A stretch of DNA of 23,149 nt. It comes from Candidatus Zixiibacteriota bacterium. GTDB lineage: Bacteria > Zixibacteria > MSB-5A5 > GN15 > FEB-12. The stretch is taken from the NCBI GenBank assembly GCA_041742355.1, contig JBGSIV010000074.1, positions 1-23,149 on the forward strand, read 5' to 3'. Positions 10,408-19,889 of the stretch are shown in pieces. Positions within the stretch are counted from its first letter, which is position 1; every line of letters starts with the position of its first letter. The position numbers and the translations under genes are program-made. Under the pieces are notes generated by a model. That model saw only the letters and a program-made list of their open reading frames with translations. It searched no databases and had not been told where the DNA came from.

Positions 10408-11916
10408 ATGCGCCGGATAATCACGGGTGCGTGTCTGCTTGCAATCGCTCTAATGCTGTTTGCATCCGGTGCGTTTGCGCAGAGTCTGAATATCCAGTAT
10501 GTCGAGTTCTGGTGGCACGGGGTTCCGGCCGAAGTGGGAATTACCGTTGACGGTATCGACCGGGATCTGTCCGCTTTCGATCTGCTCATCGCTATCGATG
10601 ACGAGTACATGAGCGTGATCAACGTCGTCCGAGGCTCGGCCCTCCAGCAGTCGGCGTGGGAGTACTTCTCCTACACCCGCCTGCTTGACTCCCTAGGCTT
10701 GTACCCGCTCGGAGACGCTTCCTCGATGCTCCGTATTCAGGCGCTCCGCGGTGACGGGCTTCCGTTCGCCGATCCCGCCGGGATCAACGAGCTCGCCCGC
10801 CTGCGCATCCTGCCGGCATACACACCCGAAACCGAGTGCATGGGTGCTCCCCTTCGCCTCTTCTGGCGCGACTGCCGCGACAACGTTCTCTATGTCGGCG
10901 CCGGCGACACCGCCCTCACGGTCGATACTGTTATCGATTACACCTGGCCGCCGCAGAATCCGTACCTCCCTCCGGATCAACAGCCCGGATATATCTCGCC
11001 GGTTGTCTGTGATGAACCACCCGCCCCTGTTACAGAACGTATCCTCGCCGCCAACAACGGCATGATCGACTTTATCTGCAGCGACAGCCTCGGCCGATGG
11101 GTTGGCGATGTCAACCTCGATGGTCAGTACATGACGATGGCCGACGCCGTCATGTTCGGCCAGTGCTTTGTGTACGGAATCGGAGTTCTCCCCTGGCCCA
11201 CTGAAGCCGCCATCGCTCAGACCGATATCAATCTCGACGGCATAGTCCTATCGGTCGCAGACCTTGTCCTTCTCCTGCGGTATATCTCCGGCGATCTCTA
11301 CATCGGCGCCGTTCCCAAACCGGCCCTCCCCACTGCGCCGCTTGTTATTCGAATCAGTCGTGATGATGCCGGTGTGAATTTCGAGCTGTCTTCCGACGCC
11401 GATATCGCCGCCGCGTGGCTGCGCTTCGACGCCGCCGATGGCGCAACGATCACGGTCGATGGCGTCCCCGCCGCGTCAGGTCAGTTCAACGGTGAGCCAT
11501 CTATTCTTCTCGCCGACACCGAGAACCTCGAGCCCATTCTCAGCGCCAACGAACGCCTCATTATCCGTGTCGAGGACCCGAACGCCCGACTCGCCTACAT
11601 CGAAGCCGCCGATCCCGAAGCCCGAAACCTGAAAGTCACCGAGACCGGCTCGCTGCCGTCCTCGTTCACGCTGTCGCAGAATTACCCCAACCCGTTCAAT
11701 CCGTCGACATCCATCGGCTTCTACCTGCCGACTGAGAACGATTGGACGCTGGACATACTGAATATCGCCGGCCAGCAGGTGGAGACGATGACCGGCCACG
11801 GGCAGGGGAATATCTCGGTTGAGTGGAACGCCGCGTCCTACTCCTCAGGCGTCTACCTCTACCGCCTGAGAGCGGGAGCGTTTGAAGCAACGAAACGAAT
11901 GGTGCTGTTGAAGTAG
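10408..11916 (+). CDS. Secreted protein with dockerin-like Ca-binding repeats and T9SS type A sorting domain, 502 aa
   Basis: Signal peptide ending AFA-Q; GDVNLDG..TMADAV and DINLDGIVLSVADLVLLLRYI; C-terminal FTLSQNYPNPFNPSTSI...SSGVYLYRL...KRMVLLK. Confidence 0.88.
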   Translation: MRRIITGACLLAIALMLFASGAFAQSLNIQYVEFWWHGVPAEVGITVDGIDRDLSAFDLLIAIDDEYMSVINVVRGSALQQSAWEYFSYTRLLDSLGLYPLGDASSMLRIQALRGDGLPFADPAGINELARLRILPAYTPETECMGAPLRLFWRDCRDNVLYVGAGDTALTVDTVIDYTWPPQNPYLPPDQQPGYISPVVCDEPPAPVTERILAANNGMIDFICSDSLGRWVGDVNLDGQYMTMADAVMFGQCFVYGIGVLPWPTEAAIAQTDINLDGIVLSVADLVLLLRYISGDLYIGAVPKPALPTAPLVIRISRDDAGVNFELSSDADIAAAWLRFDAADGATITVDGVPAASGQFNGEPSILLADTENLEPILSANERLIIRVEDPNARLAYIEAADPEARNLKVTETGSLPSSFTLSQNYPNPFNPSTSIGFYLPTENDWTLDILNIAGQQVETMTGHGQGNISVEWNAASYSSGVYLYRLRAGAFEATKRMVLLK

Positions 11917-11920
11917 CGGC

Positions 11921-13117
11921 TTACTTCCGCGCCGCCTCGTGTAGAATTTCGGCGTAGCGCGCCGCCAGCGGTTTCGAGGCGAACCGCTCCCGCGCAAAAA
12001 TGTGACCGGCTTCGGCCAGACGGCTCCGAAGCCGGTCGTCGTTTAAGAGCCGAAGCATCGCCTGCGCCAGCGCCGGCATATTATCGACGGGCACCAGGAG
12101 CCCCCGCTCCTCGTGCGTAATGATATCCGTGATCCCCCCCGACTCCGCCCCGATCGCCGCCGCCCCGCACAACATCCCCTCTGACAACGCCAGCCCGAAC
12201 CCCTCCTGGTACGAGTTGAGCACGACCATGCCGGCCCGGTTGTACACGGTCCGCAACTGCTCCTGGGTCACCGGCGCGAATATCGCTACTCGTTCCTGCA
12301 ACCCGAATTTCTGAATCAATCCCCGGATCTCCCCCTCCAGCGGCCCGCCGCCGTAGATCTCCAGCCGCGCCTCGGCGTTCTTCTCCGACACGAGTGCGAA
12401 CGCCTTCACCAGGTAATCCACCCGCTTCTGGTCGGTGAACCGCGTCACTGCCACGATCGTGTTCGGTTCCCGGTGAATTGCCGGGTCCCGGTAGAAAACC
12501 GCTTCGTTGTGCGGCAGGGGAAGGACTTCAAGCACCGGCGCAAGCGACGGATCCAAGGCCGCGATGCTGTCCCGCAAGAAGCTCGACACGAACGTCCACC
12601 GCTTCAGGCCGTGGCAGAAGGGTCGGAAGTAGCGGTAGGTTGCCCCGGCGTACTTGCGCATCATGCGGACATCGGTGCCGTGCGAGGACAGGATCATCGG
12701 AAGATCGGTTCGCGCCGCGATCGTCTTCATCACGATCCCGGCGGGCACCAGCCACTGTCCGGCGATCAGGTCGATCCGTTCGCGTTCGATGACGTCGAAG
12801 GCCGCCGTCCGCCAGCAATCGAGGAACCGCTTGAACTTGAAAATCCCAGACACGGAACCCAGCACCAGTTGCTGCATGTTACCACGGTAGGCGACGTCTT
12901 CATTGTCATCGCGGTCGGCGTAGCGGAACCGGTAGATCGTGACGCCGTCGACTTCTTCCCGCTGGGCCGCCCCCGGGTCATGCGGGGCCAGCACGATCGG
13001 TCGGAGTCCGTGCGACACGAGGTGCTTCACCAGGAGCGCAATGAACACTCCGGCGTGATCCCCCGCATAGCGCGGGTAGTTGTGGGTCGGAATCAGCAGG
13101 TTCAACTGGTTGGCCAT
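11921..13117 (-). CDS. Glycosyltransferase family 4 (GT-B), 398 aa
   Basis: SSHGTDV, RFTDQKRVD, EGFGLALSEGMLCG, GGITDII, GLLVP. Start set at ATG 13117 (MANQLNLLIPTHNYP); the longer ORF-track N-terminus is antisense to the neighbouring gene. Confidence 0.92.
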   Translation of the reverse strand: MANQLNLLIPTHNYPRYAGDHAGVFIALLVKHLVSHGLRPIVLAPHDPGAAQREEVDGVTIYRFRYADRDDNEDVAYRGNMQQLVLGSVSGIFKFKRFLDCWRTAAFDVIERERIDLIAGQWLVPAGIVMKTIAARTDLPMILSSHGTDVRMMRKYAGATYRYFRPFCHGLKRWTFVSSFLRDSIAALDPSLAPVLEVLPLPHNEAVFYRDPAIHREPNTIVAVTRFTDQKRVDYLVKAFALVSEKNAEARLEIYGGGPLEGEIRGLIQKFGLQERVAIFAPVTQEQLRTVYNRAGMVVLNSYQEGFGLALSEGMLCGAAAIGAESGGITDIITHEERGLLVPVDNMPALAQAMLRLLNDDRLRSRLAEAGHIFARERFASKPLAARYAEILHEAARK

Positions 13118-13123
13118 GGTGTA

Positions 13124-13152
13124 ACGGTAGAAAAATCCCGCCGCTGGGCCAA
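13124..13152 (-). promoter_or_regulatory. Putative sigma-70 promoter implying a leaderless mRNA
   Basis: Minus strand TTGGCC-17 nt-TACCGT, 6 nt, ATG. No Shine-Dalgarno. Confidence 0.5.
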
Positions 13153-13201
13153 ATATAATTTTCTCCCGGCGGCGTATTGTATTATACTCAGGACTCTGCG
13201 T

Positions 13202-14137
13202 ATGAAAACGAAAAGCGGGACATCCATCGACTTCGCGCTCGATCTCGACTTCAGCGAAATCCTCACCAACCCGATCCTCGATATCGCGGCGCGCTGCTGG
13301 GCGGACGATCGTTACGAGGCGTTCAAGATCTGCTACCGGTCGATGCGCATCATCGATGACCTGGTCGACAACCAGAAATCGACCGGCCGGATCCTTTCGC
13401 CGGACGAACAGAATCTGTTTGCCTCGATGATCGACGACTGGATCAATTCGATGCGCCGGAGACGCCCCACCGATGCCTCCCAGGAGAACCTGCTGGACAC
13501 GATGGAGCGGTTCTGCCTGCCGCTGTGGCCGTGGGAGAAGCTGGCCGACGCCATGACCTACGATCTTTACCACACCGGCTTTGCCACCTTCCGGACCTTC
13601 CGGCGCTACACCGAGGGGGCTGCGATCGCGCCAGCGGCGGTCTTTATGCACCTCTGCGGTATGCAGGCGGAGAACGGCACGTGCACCCCGCCGGTTTTTG
13701 ACATCCGCAGCGCAGCCAAAGACCTGGCCCTCTTCTCGTACCTCGTCCACATCATGCGCGACTTCCGGAAAGATCAGGCTGATTCGCTGAACTACTTCGC
13801 GCTCGACCTCATGATGCAGGAAGGAGCGACCCTCGAAGACCTTCAGCGCGCCGGCCGCGGCGATGAAATCGCCCGACCTGTCCGCGACCTGTTTGCCCGC
13901 TACCGTTCTCTCGCCGATTGGTATCGGGACGCCGCCCGCCGGACCCTCGACCGGCTCCTCCCGTCTCTCGAACCCCGGTACCGGTTGAGCCTGGAACTGA
14001 TCTACAGCCTCTATCTTCAGATATTTGAACGGGTTAACCCCGAGTTCGGATGTTTCTCCAAAGAGGAACTCCACCCCACTCCGACTGAGGTCCAAGCCCG
14101 CATCACTGCCACCATTCAGGCCTTCGAATCCGACTGA
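13202..14137 (+). CDS. Squalene/phytoene synthase family protein, 311 aa
   Basis: YRSMRIIDDLVD (DDxxD), AMTYDL, HIMRDFRKD second Asp-rich motif; AGGA upstream of ATG 13202. Confidence 0.85.
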   Translation: MKTKSGTSIDFALDLDFSEILTNPILDIAARCWADDRYEAFKICYRSMRIIDDLVDNQKSTGRILSPDEQNLFASMIDDWINSMRRRRPTDASQENLLDTMERFCLPLWPWEKLADAMTYDLYHTGFATFRTFRRYTEGAAIAPAAVFMHLCGMQAENGTCTPPVFDIRSAAKDLALFSYLVHIMRDFRKDQADSLNYFALDLMMQEGATLEDLQRAGRGDEIARPVRDLFARYRSLADWYRDAARRTLDRLLPSLEPRYRLSLELIYSLYLQIFERVNPEFGCFSKEELHPTPTEVQARITATIQAFESD

Positions 14138-14262
14138 GTTTTACTTTTTGCGGAAGAAACTATGCCGTAGATTGGTACTCCCGGTAGCGCCGCCCGGAAG
14201 GCCCCGGCGACGCCCCTACGGGTGAAACGGCCTGACAGGTGTATAAACGTGCGGAGGACCAA

Positions 14263-15609
14263 ATGAAACTGCTTGTGGCTCTTATAGGTAGCATCCTGCT
14301 CGCGACCGCCGTCGGCCGGGCCGACGACATCGCGGTCACCATCTACAACAGCGACCTCGGCGTCGTCAGCGAAACCCGGGACCTTGAATTCGTCAAGGGC
14401 ACCGGCCAGGTGGCCTTCCGCGATGTCCCGGACCAGATTGACCCCGCCTCCGTCCGTTTCGACATCCTTGGCAACCGCACGGTCAACATCCTCGAGCAGA
14501 ACTATGCCTACGATCTGGTCAGCACCGATAAGATCTACGCCCGCTACGTGGATAACGAGATTGAGCTCATCACCAAACAGGGCAATCTGATCAGCGGCGT
14601 TCTGCTGACCGCGGGCGGCGGGGCAATCACGCTGCGCGATGACTCCGGTCGGGTCAAAGTCGTTCTCATGGACAATGTCACCGAGGTGAACTTCCCTAAA
14701 TTGCCCGAGGGCCTGATCACCCGCCCGACCCTCTTCTGGCGCTACAGCTCCGACCACGCCGGAAGGCTGCCGGCCCGGGTCAGCTACCAGACTTTCGGTA
14801 TGACCTGGGCGGCCGAGTATGTCGGCGTCCTCAACCCCGAGGAGACCAACCTCGGCCTTTCCGGCTGGGCCTCGATCACGAACAACACCAGCAAGACGTT
14901 CGAGAACGCCACGGTCAAGCTCGTGGCCGGTGATATCGGCCGTATGCCTCAGCCGCGACCGATGCGCGGCGGCGCTCAGATGGAGCTCTCCGCCAAGGCC
15001 GATGCCGGGTTCGAGGAGAAGGCCTTTTTCGAATACCACCTGTACACCCTGCCGCGCCAATCGACTGTCGCCGGCCGAGAAATCAAGCAGATCAGCCTGT
15101 TTGAGCCCGCCTCAACGGCCGTGACCAAGCGGTATGTCTATAAACCCGACCGCAATCCGGGACAGGTCGAAGTCGCCCTGCGACTGAAGAACTCCGAGGC
15201 TGCCGGGCTCGGGATGCCCCTGCCGGAGGGCCGCGTGCGTATCTTCAAGGCCGACGACGACGGTTCACTCGTGCTGCTGGGCGAAGACGCCGTCAAACAC
15301 ACGCCGCGTGATGAGGAGGTCAACCTCCGCGTCGGCTATGCCTTTGATATCGTTCCCGAAGAACGGCTGATGAACCAGAACCGGGTCTCCCAGCAGATCG
15401 AAGAACGCACGTACGAAGTCGAAATCCGCAATCGCAAAGACGAGGCGGTCACTGTCAACGTCGAGAAGCTCCTTTATGGCGACTGGCAGGTGACGAGCGC
15501 CAATTTCGAGCACAAGAAGAAAGACGCCAACACCTTGACTTTCGACATCAACGTACCGGCACGGCAAACCGTCACGGTGACGTACGCCGTGCGCCTTCGC
15601 TGGCAATAG
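14263..15609 (+). CDS. DUF4139-like secreted protein, 448 aa
   Basis: GGAGG RBS, signal peptide, VTIYNSDLGVVSETR, LEQNYAYDL, GLITRPTL, FFEYHLYTL, LGMPLPEGRVR. Family assigned from recalled motifs. Confidence 0.8.
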   Translation: MKLLVALIGSILLATAVGRADDIAVTIYNSDLGVVSETRDLEFVKGTGQVAFRDVPDQIDPASVRFDILGNRTVNILEQNYAYDLVSTDKIYARYVDNEIELITKQGNLISGVLLTAGGGAITLRDDSGRVKVVLMDNVTEVNFPKLPEGLITRPTLFWRYSSDHAGRLPARVSYQTFGMTWAAEYVGVLNPEETNLGLSGWASITNNTSKTFENATVKLVAGDIGRMPQPRPMRGGAQMELSAKADAGFEEKAFFEYHLYTLPRQSTVAGREIKQISLFEPASTAVTKRYVYKPDRNPGQVEVALRLKNSEAAGLGMPLPEGRVRIFKADDDGSLVLLGEDAVKHTPRDEEVNLRVGYAFDIVPEERLMNQNRVSQQIEERTYEVEIRNRKDEAVTVNVEKLLYGDWQVTSANFEHKKKDANTLTFDINVPARQTVTVTYAVRLRWQ

Positions 15610-15618
15610 TCGCGATGG

Positions 15619-15647
15619 TTGACAAGCGGCACGATAGACCATACATT
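15619..15647 (+). promoter_or_regulatory. Sigma-70 promoter for the TPR gene
   Basis: TTGACA-17 nt-TACATT. Confidence 0.7.
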
Positions 15648-15703
15648 CCGCAGGATATTGGATACTACAGTCTTTGAGAGAGAGAATTCAGGAGGTACTG
15701 ATT

Positions 15704-17101
15704 TTGAAAACGACTGCTCGCATATTCGTAATGACGCTTGTGGGGGTGGCGCTTATTGCCTCGATGTCGCAGGCCGCCAAGCCGCTCAAGGCCCTGCTGA
15801 GCGGCGCCAAGATCGCCATTGTGGAAGGCCGGCCCGATGAAGCCCTGGGACTTCTCGACACCATCTCCATCAACTACGGACCGGTGCCGGAGGCCTACCA
15901 GTGGAGCTTCCGGGTCTACGCCGACAAGCTCGATGGCGCCTCGGGGCTCGACGCCAAGCGCCCCTACCTCGAAAAGCTGCTCGTCTACGTCGACTCCCTC
16001 CACATGGCCTGTGAGGGCAAAATCGAGGTCAAGGACGCCAAGAAGAATAACAAGGACTGCAAGAAGTTCATCGAACTCGGCGACTCCACCAAGGTGAAGT
16101 ACTTCCGCCAGTTCTATAACCAGGGGCACGAGCAGATCAAATCTCTCGAACGGCTCGCCGGCGACCTCCAGAACGAGACCGATTCCTCCCGCATGGATTA
16201 CATCCGCGGCGAGATCCAGGAGAATATCGACTCCTGCATCGCCAACATGAGCATGGCCATCATGGTCGATTCCACGGAGTTCAGCCCGTACGTCGCGATC
16301 GCCGACGCGTACGACCGGGCCGGCAACTACGACAAAGCCATCGAGTGGATGACCCGCGGCTACGAGCGGGCCAAGGATCCCACCATTCTCAGCCAGCAGC
16401 TGGCCTACTACTACATTCAGAAGGAAGACTACTGCGGCGCCACGCCCTACCTTCGCCAGTATGTCGACAAGAACCCGGACTCCCTGACCTCCATGAACTA
16501 CCTGGCCATCAGCTACAACAACTGCGGCCTCGAACCGGACAAGCGGGTCTACCTCGACTCCGCCATGATGGTCTACCGCGAAATTCTCGCCAAGGATCCC
16601 CGGCAGCCCGATGTGCTCGCCGCTTCCGGACGCTACTTCCTTATGCAGGCGCAGGATTTCTCCGAGCAGGCCTCCAAGGCCCGCGAGCAGGGTGACCAGA
16701 AACTCGCCACGCAGCTCGATGACCAGCGCAAGGAGATGTTCGACTCCTCCCGCACGTACTTCAAGCAAGCCTGGGAGTACGAGCCTGAAGACGCCACGTT
16801 CGCCGAGCAGTACGCCTTCACCTCGGCCATCCTCGATGACTGCGAATCCGCCGTCGGCGCCTTCGAAGTCGTCGGTAAGGCCCGCCCGGACGATGTCGGC
16901 AACTGGACCTCCCTGGGCGACTGCTACCTGCGCCTGGCCAAGTGGAACGACGCCATTCGCGCCTACGAGAAAGTCGCCGAACTGGATCCCGGCCGCGCCG
17001 TCATCTGGGATAACCTCGTGGCGCTCTATAACCAGGTCGGCCAGACGGACAAAGCCGCAGCCGCCGCGGCCAAAGCCAAAGCGCTGCAGGGCCAGGGCTG
17101 A
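15704..17101 (+). CDS. Secreted tetratricopeptide-repeat protein, ~465 aa (TTG start)
   Basis: AGGAGG, 8 nt, TTG 15704; signal peptide; TPR-like helices such as WTSLGDCYLRLAKWNDAIRAYEKVAELDP. Confidence 0.85.
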   Translation: MKTTARIFVMTLVGVALIASMSQAAKPLKALLSGAKIAIVEGRPDEALGLLDTISINYGPVPEAYQWSFRVYADKLDGASGLDAKRPYLEKLLVYVDSLHMACEGKIEVKDAKKNNKDCKKFIELGDSTKVKYFRQFYNQGHEQIKSLERLAGDLQNETDSSRMDYIRGEIQENIDSCIANMSMAIMVDSTEFSPYVAIADAYDRAGNYDKAIEWMTRGYERAKDPTILSQQLAYYYIQKEDYCGATPYLRQYVDKNPDSLTSMNYLAISYNNCGLEPDKRVYLDSAMMVYREILAKDPRQPDVLAASGRYFLMQAQDFSEQASKAREQGDQKLATQLDDQRKEMFDSSRTYFKQAWEYEPEDATFAEQYAFTSAILDDCESAVGAFEVVGKARPDDVGNWTSLGDCYLRLAKWNDAIRAYEKVAELDPGRAVIWDNLVALYNQVGQTDKAAAAAAKAKALQGQG

Positions 17102-17145
17102 TACCGAAAACACTGCCGGCCTCCGGCACGCAGAACGACTAATAC

Positions 17146-17174
17146 AAACGGCAGGCTTCCGGCCTGCCGTTTTT
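17146..17174 (+). terminator. Intrinsic terminator between the TPR gene and priA
   Basis: AAACGGCAGGC-TTCCG-GCCTGCCG-TTTTT. Confidence 0.75.
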
Positions 17175-17183
17175 CGTAGAGCA

Positions 17184-19610
17184 ATGCCGTCACACGCACA
17201 CACCGACCGCTTCGCCGAAATCGCTGTCGGCGGCCCCCTCCGCCGCACGTTTACCTATGCCCTCCCGGCCGACTGCCCCCCGCTTTCCCCCGGCCAGCGC
17301 GTCCTTGTTCCCTTCGGCACAGCCCGCAAAGTCGGCTTCTACCTCGGCCCCGGCACTCCCCCTGACGGCATCACGGTCAAACCGATCCACGGCCCTCTCG
17401 ACCCGTTCAGCTATTTCCCGGATGACCTCTTTCGCCTCTGCTCGTGGATGGCCGATTACTACTTCGCCAACCCGGCCGACTGCCTCACCGCCGCCCTCCC
17501 TCCGGCCGTCAAAAGCGAAGCCGCCGCGCAACTCCTCTGGTGTGACCCGCAGACGGATATCCCCGCCGCTATTCGGTCCCTCGTCCGCCCCGGCAAACGC
17601 CTCACCCCGGCCGACCTGAAATCGCTGCGCGACCGCAAGGCTAATCTCAGGGCCCTCATCGCCGACGGCCTCATCACCGAACACTGGCCCGCCTCGGGCG
17701 ACCGCGCCACCCGACGGCTCTCCGGCTACCGCGCCGCCGCGACCGATATCTGGGAATCCTGGTTCGAGGGCAAGAAGCTCAACCCCCGCCCGTTCGACGG
17801 CACCCGCACCCGCGCCGAGCTCCTTGCCGACGGCTGGACGCCCCACTACCTCGGCAAAGCAATCCACGCCGGCCTTCTCGAAGCCGTCCACATCGAGGAC
17901 ACCGCCGACCTCTACGATATCGTCCGCCCCCGCGAAAACGTGGACCGCATCACGATGACCGCCCAGCAGCAGGCGGTCTACGAGCAACTCCGCACCGCCA
18001 CGGACAACCCCGCCTTCCGGGTCTTCTTGCTGCACGGTGTCACCGGCTCCGGCAAGACCCTCGTCTACTGCCACCTCACCCGCGAGGTTATCAACACCGG
18101 CCGCACTGTCCTGATTCTGACGCCGGAGATTGCCCTCACCGGCACGACTCTGGCGTACTTTCGCGGATTTTTCGGCGACCGCGTCACCGTCATCCACTCC
18201 GCCATGACCGACCGCGAACGCCTCGCCAGCTTCTCCGGCATCCGCGCCGGCAAGTTCAACATCGTCATCGGCCCGCGCTCGGCCATCTTCGCGCCGCTGC
18301 CGAACCTCGGGCTGATCGTCGTCGACGAAGAGCACGACGCCTCCTACAAGCAGGACGAACCCGCCCCCCGGTTCCACGGCCGCGACTGCGCCATCATCCG
18401 CGCCCAGATGAACAAGATCCCGGTCGTGCTCGGCTCGGCGTCACCGTCGATCGAAAGCTACTACGCCGCCCGCACCGGCAAATACACGCTCCTTGAACTG
18501 GCCGAACGCCCCGCCGGCGCCACTCTGCCGACTGTCCGCGTGATCGATATGCGCACCGAACGCCTCCACGGCGACCTCCCGTTCCTCTCGTTCCCCCTCA
18601 AGAAGGAAGTCGAGAAACGCCTCGCCGCGAACGAACAGGTCATCCTCTTTCTCAACCGCCGGGGCTACTCCCCGCAGCTCAAGTGCGGACGGTGCGGCAA
18701 AGTCCCGAGCTGCCCCAACTGCCGCGTCAAGCTCACCTACCACAAGGTGGGCCGCAAGCTCTCCTGCCACTACTGCGGCTGGGTCGAACGCGAGTACGAC
18801 ACCTGTCCATCGTGCGGCGCGACCGAGTTCTTCCACCTCGGCGCCGGCACCCAGCGGGTCGAGGAAATGATCCCCCGCCTCTTCGATGGCGCCCTGGGCG
18901 TCCGCCTCGATTCCGACACTGCCACGGGCAAGCGCCGCCTCCACGAGATCCTCACCGATTTTGCCGCCGGAAAGAGCAACCTCCTGCTCGGCACCCAGAT
19001 GGTGACCAAGGGGCTGGACCTCCCCGGTGTCACGCTGGTGGGAGTCCTGGCCGCCGATTTACTCCTCGACATGCCCGATTTCCGCGCTTCCGAACGCACT
19101 TTCGCCCAACTGCTGCAGGTCGCCGGACGATCCGGCCGCGCCGACAAACCGGGCGAGGTGCTGATTCAGACCTACGCGCCCGAACACGAAGTTATCGACC
19201 GCGCCGCCTCACAGGATTATCGCGGGTTTTATGAAACGGAGATTTGCCGCCGGGAAGAACTTGAGTACCCGCCCTATTCGCGCATCATCAATTTCGTCCT
19301 GTCCGGCTCCGATGAGAAGGTGCTGGAGAAGGAATCACTTTCCTTCCGCGACGCCCTCGGGGCCCGCCTTGCGTCTGCGGGGGACGTATCAATTCCGAAA
19401 TCCAGTCGTGTGGCCGCGCAGATTCTCGGCCCCGCGCCGTGCCCGATGTATTTCCTGCGCTCGGTATATCGCCGTCATTTGTTTGTGAAGACCCGCCAGG
19501 TCCAGCGCCTCGTACGGTTGCTGTCGGAGTGGGAGTTGTCGCAGGCGCGTTTCGGTATCGCTGCGAGCATTAAGATCACGGTCGACGTGGATCCGGATGA
19601 TATGATGTAA
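17184..19610 (+). CDS. priA: Primosomal protein N' (replication-restart helicase), 808 aa
   Basis: FTYALP..GQRVLVPFG, LLHGVTGSGKT, PEIALT, VDEEHDASYKQ, GSASPS, LNRRGY, four CxxC pairs, GTQMVTKGLD, QVAGRSGR, VDVDP. Confidence 0.97.
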   Translation: MPSHAHTDRFAEIAVGGPLRRTFTYALPADCPPLSPGQRVLVPFGTARKVGFYLGPGTPPDGITVKPIHGPLDPFSYFPDDLFRLCSWMADYYFANPADCLTAALPPAVKSEAAAQLLWCDPQTDIPAAIRSLVRPGKRLTPADLKSLRDRKANLRALIADGLITEHWPASGDRATRRLSGYRAAATDIWESWFEGKKLNPRPFDGTRTRAELLADGWTPHYLGKAIHAGLLEAVHIEDTADLYDIVRPRENVDRITMTAQQQAVYEQLRTATDNPAFRVFLLHGVTGSGKTLVYCHLTREVINTGRTVLILTPEIALTGTTLAYFRGFFGDRVTVIHSAMTDRERLASFSGIRAGKFNIVIGPRSAIFAPLPNLGLIVVDEEHDASYKQDEPAPRFHGRDCAIIRAQMNKIPVVLGSASPSIESYYAARTGKYTLLELAERPAGATLPTVRVIDMRTERLHGDLPFLSFPLKKEVEKRLAANEQVILFLNRRGYSPQLKCGRCGKVPSCPNCRVKLTYHKVGRKLSCHYCGWVEREYDTCPSCGATEFFHLGAGTQRVEEMIPRLFDGALGVRLDSDTATGKRRLHEILTDFAAGKSNLLLGTQMVTKGLDLPGVTLVGVLAADLLLDMPDFRASERTFAQLLQVAGRSGRADKPGEVLIQTYAPEHEVIDRAASQDYRGFYETEICRREELEYPPYSRIINFVLSGSDEKVLEKESLSFRDALGARLASAGDVSIPKSSRVAAQILGPAPCPMYFLRSVYRRHLFVKTRQVQRLVRLLSEWELSQARFGIAASIKITVDVDPDDMM

Positions 19611-19613
19611 TTG

Positions 19614-19751
19614 GTAACCCGCAGCTCTGCTGCGGGAAACCCCTACTGGATATGGCAGTGATTGGTAGGTCAAGCACGGCTTTGCGTGCTTGACAGAGAA
19701 GAAGATAGATTAGTCACGTCAAGCACCGAAACCGGTGCTTGACCTACCAAT
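19614..19751. repeat. Family D REP plus an inverted GTAG-REP doublet (REPIN-like, family K)
   Basis: GTAA-CCCGCAGC-TCT-GCTGCGGG (19614-19636). ATTG-GTAG-GTCAAGCAC-8 nt-GTGCTTGAC, 23 nt, GTCAAGCAC-8 nt-GTGCTTGAC-CTAC-CAAT (19661-19751). Confidence 0.92.
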
Positions 19752-19889
19752 GGACTAGGTGTGAACTCATAACGGAAGTCTCACCACGATTCGGAGAACT
19801 TTCTACAAGGATCCTATTTTTCGCCGAGTTCGGCCACCTGAATGGGGTTCCTGTCCGCCTACCGGCAATCCGGTATAGACTAACCAATA

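Noticed and set aside
11921..14137. Overlapping 724-aa and 554-aa ORFs as a true gene overlap or fusion
   Set aside because: Each extension is the antisense of the other gene; starts at 13117 (-) and 13202 (+) remove the overlap. The priA, eno and 5450 extensions are similar artefacts.
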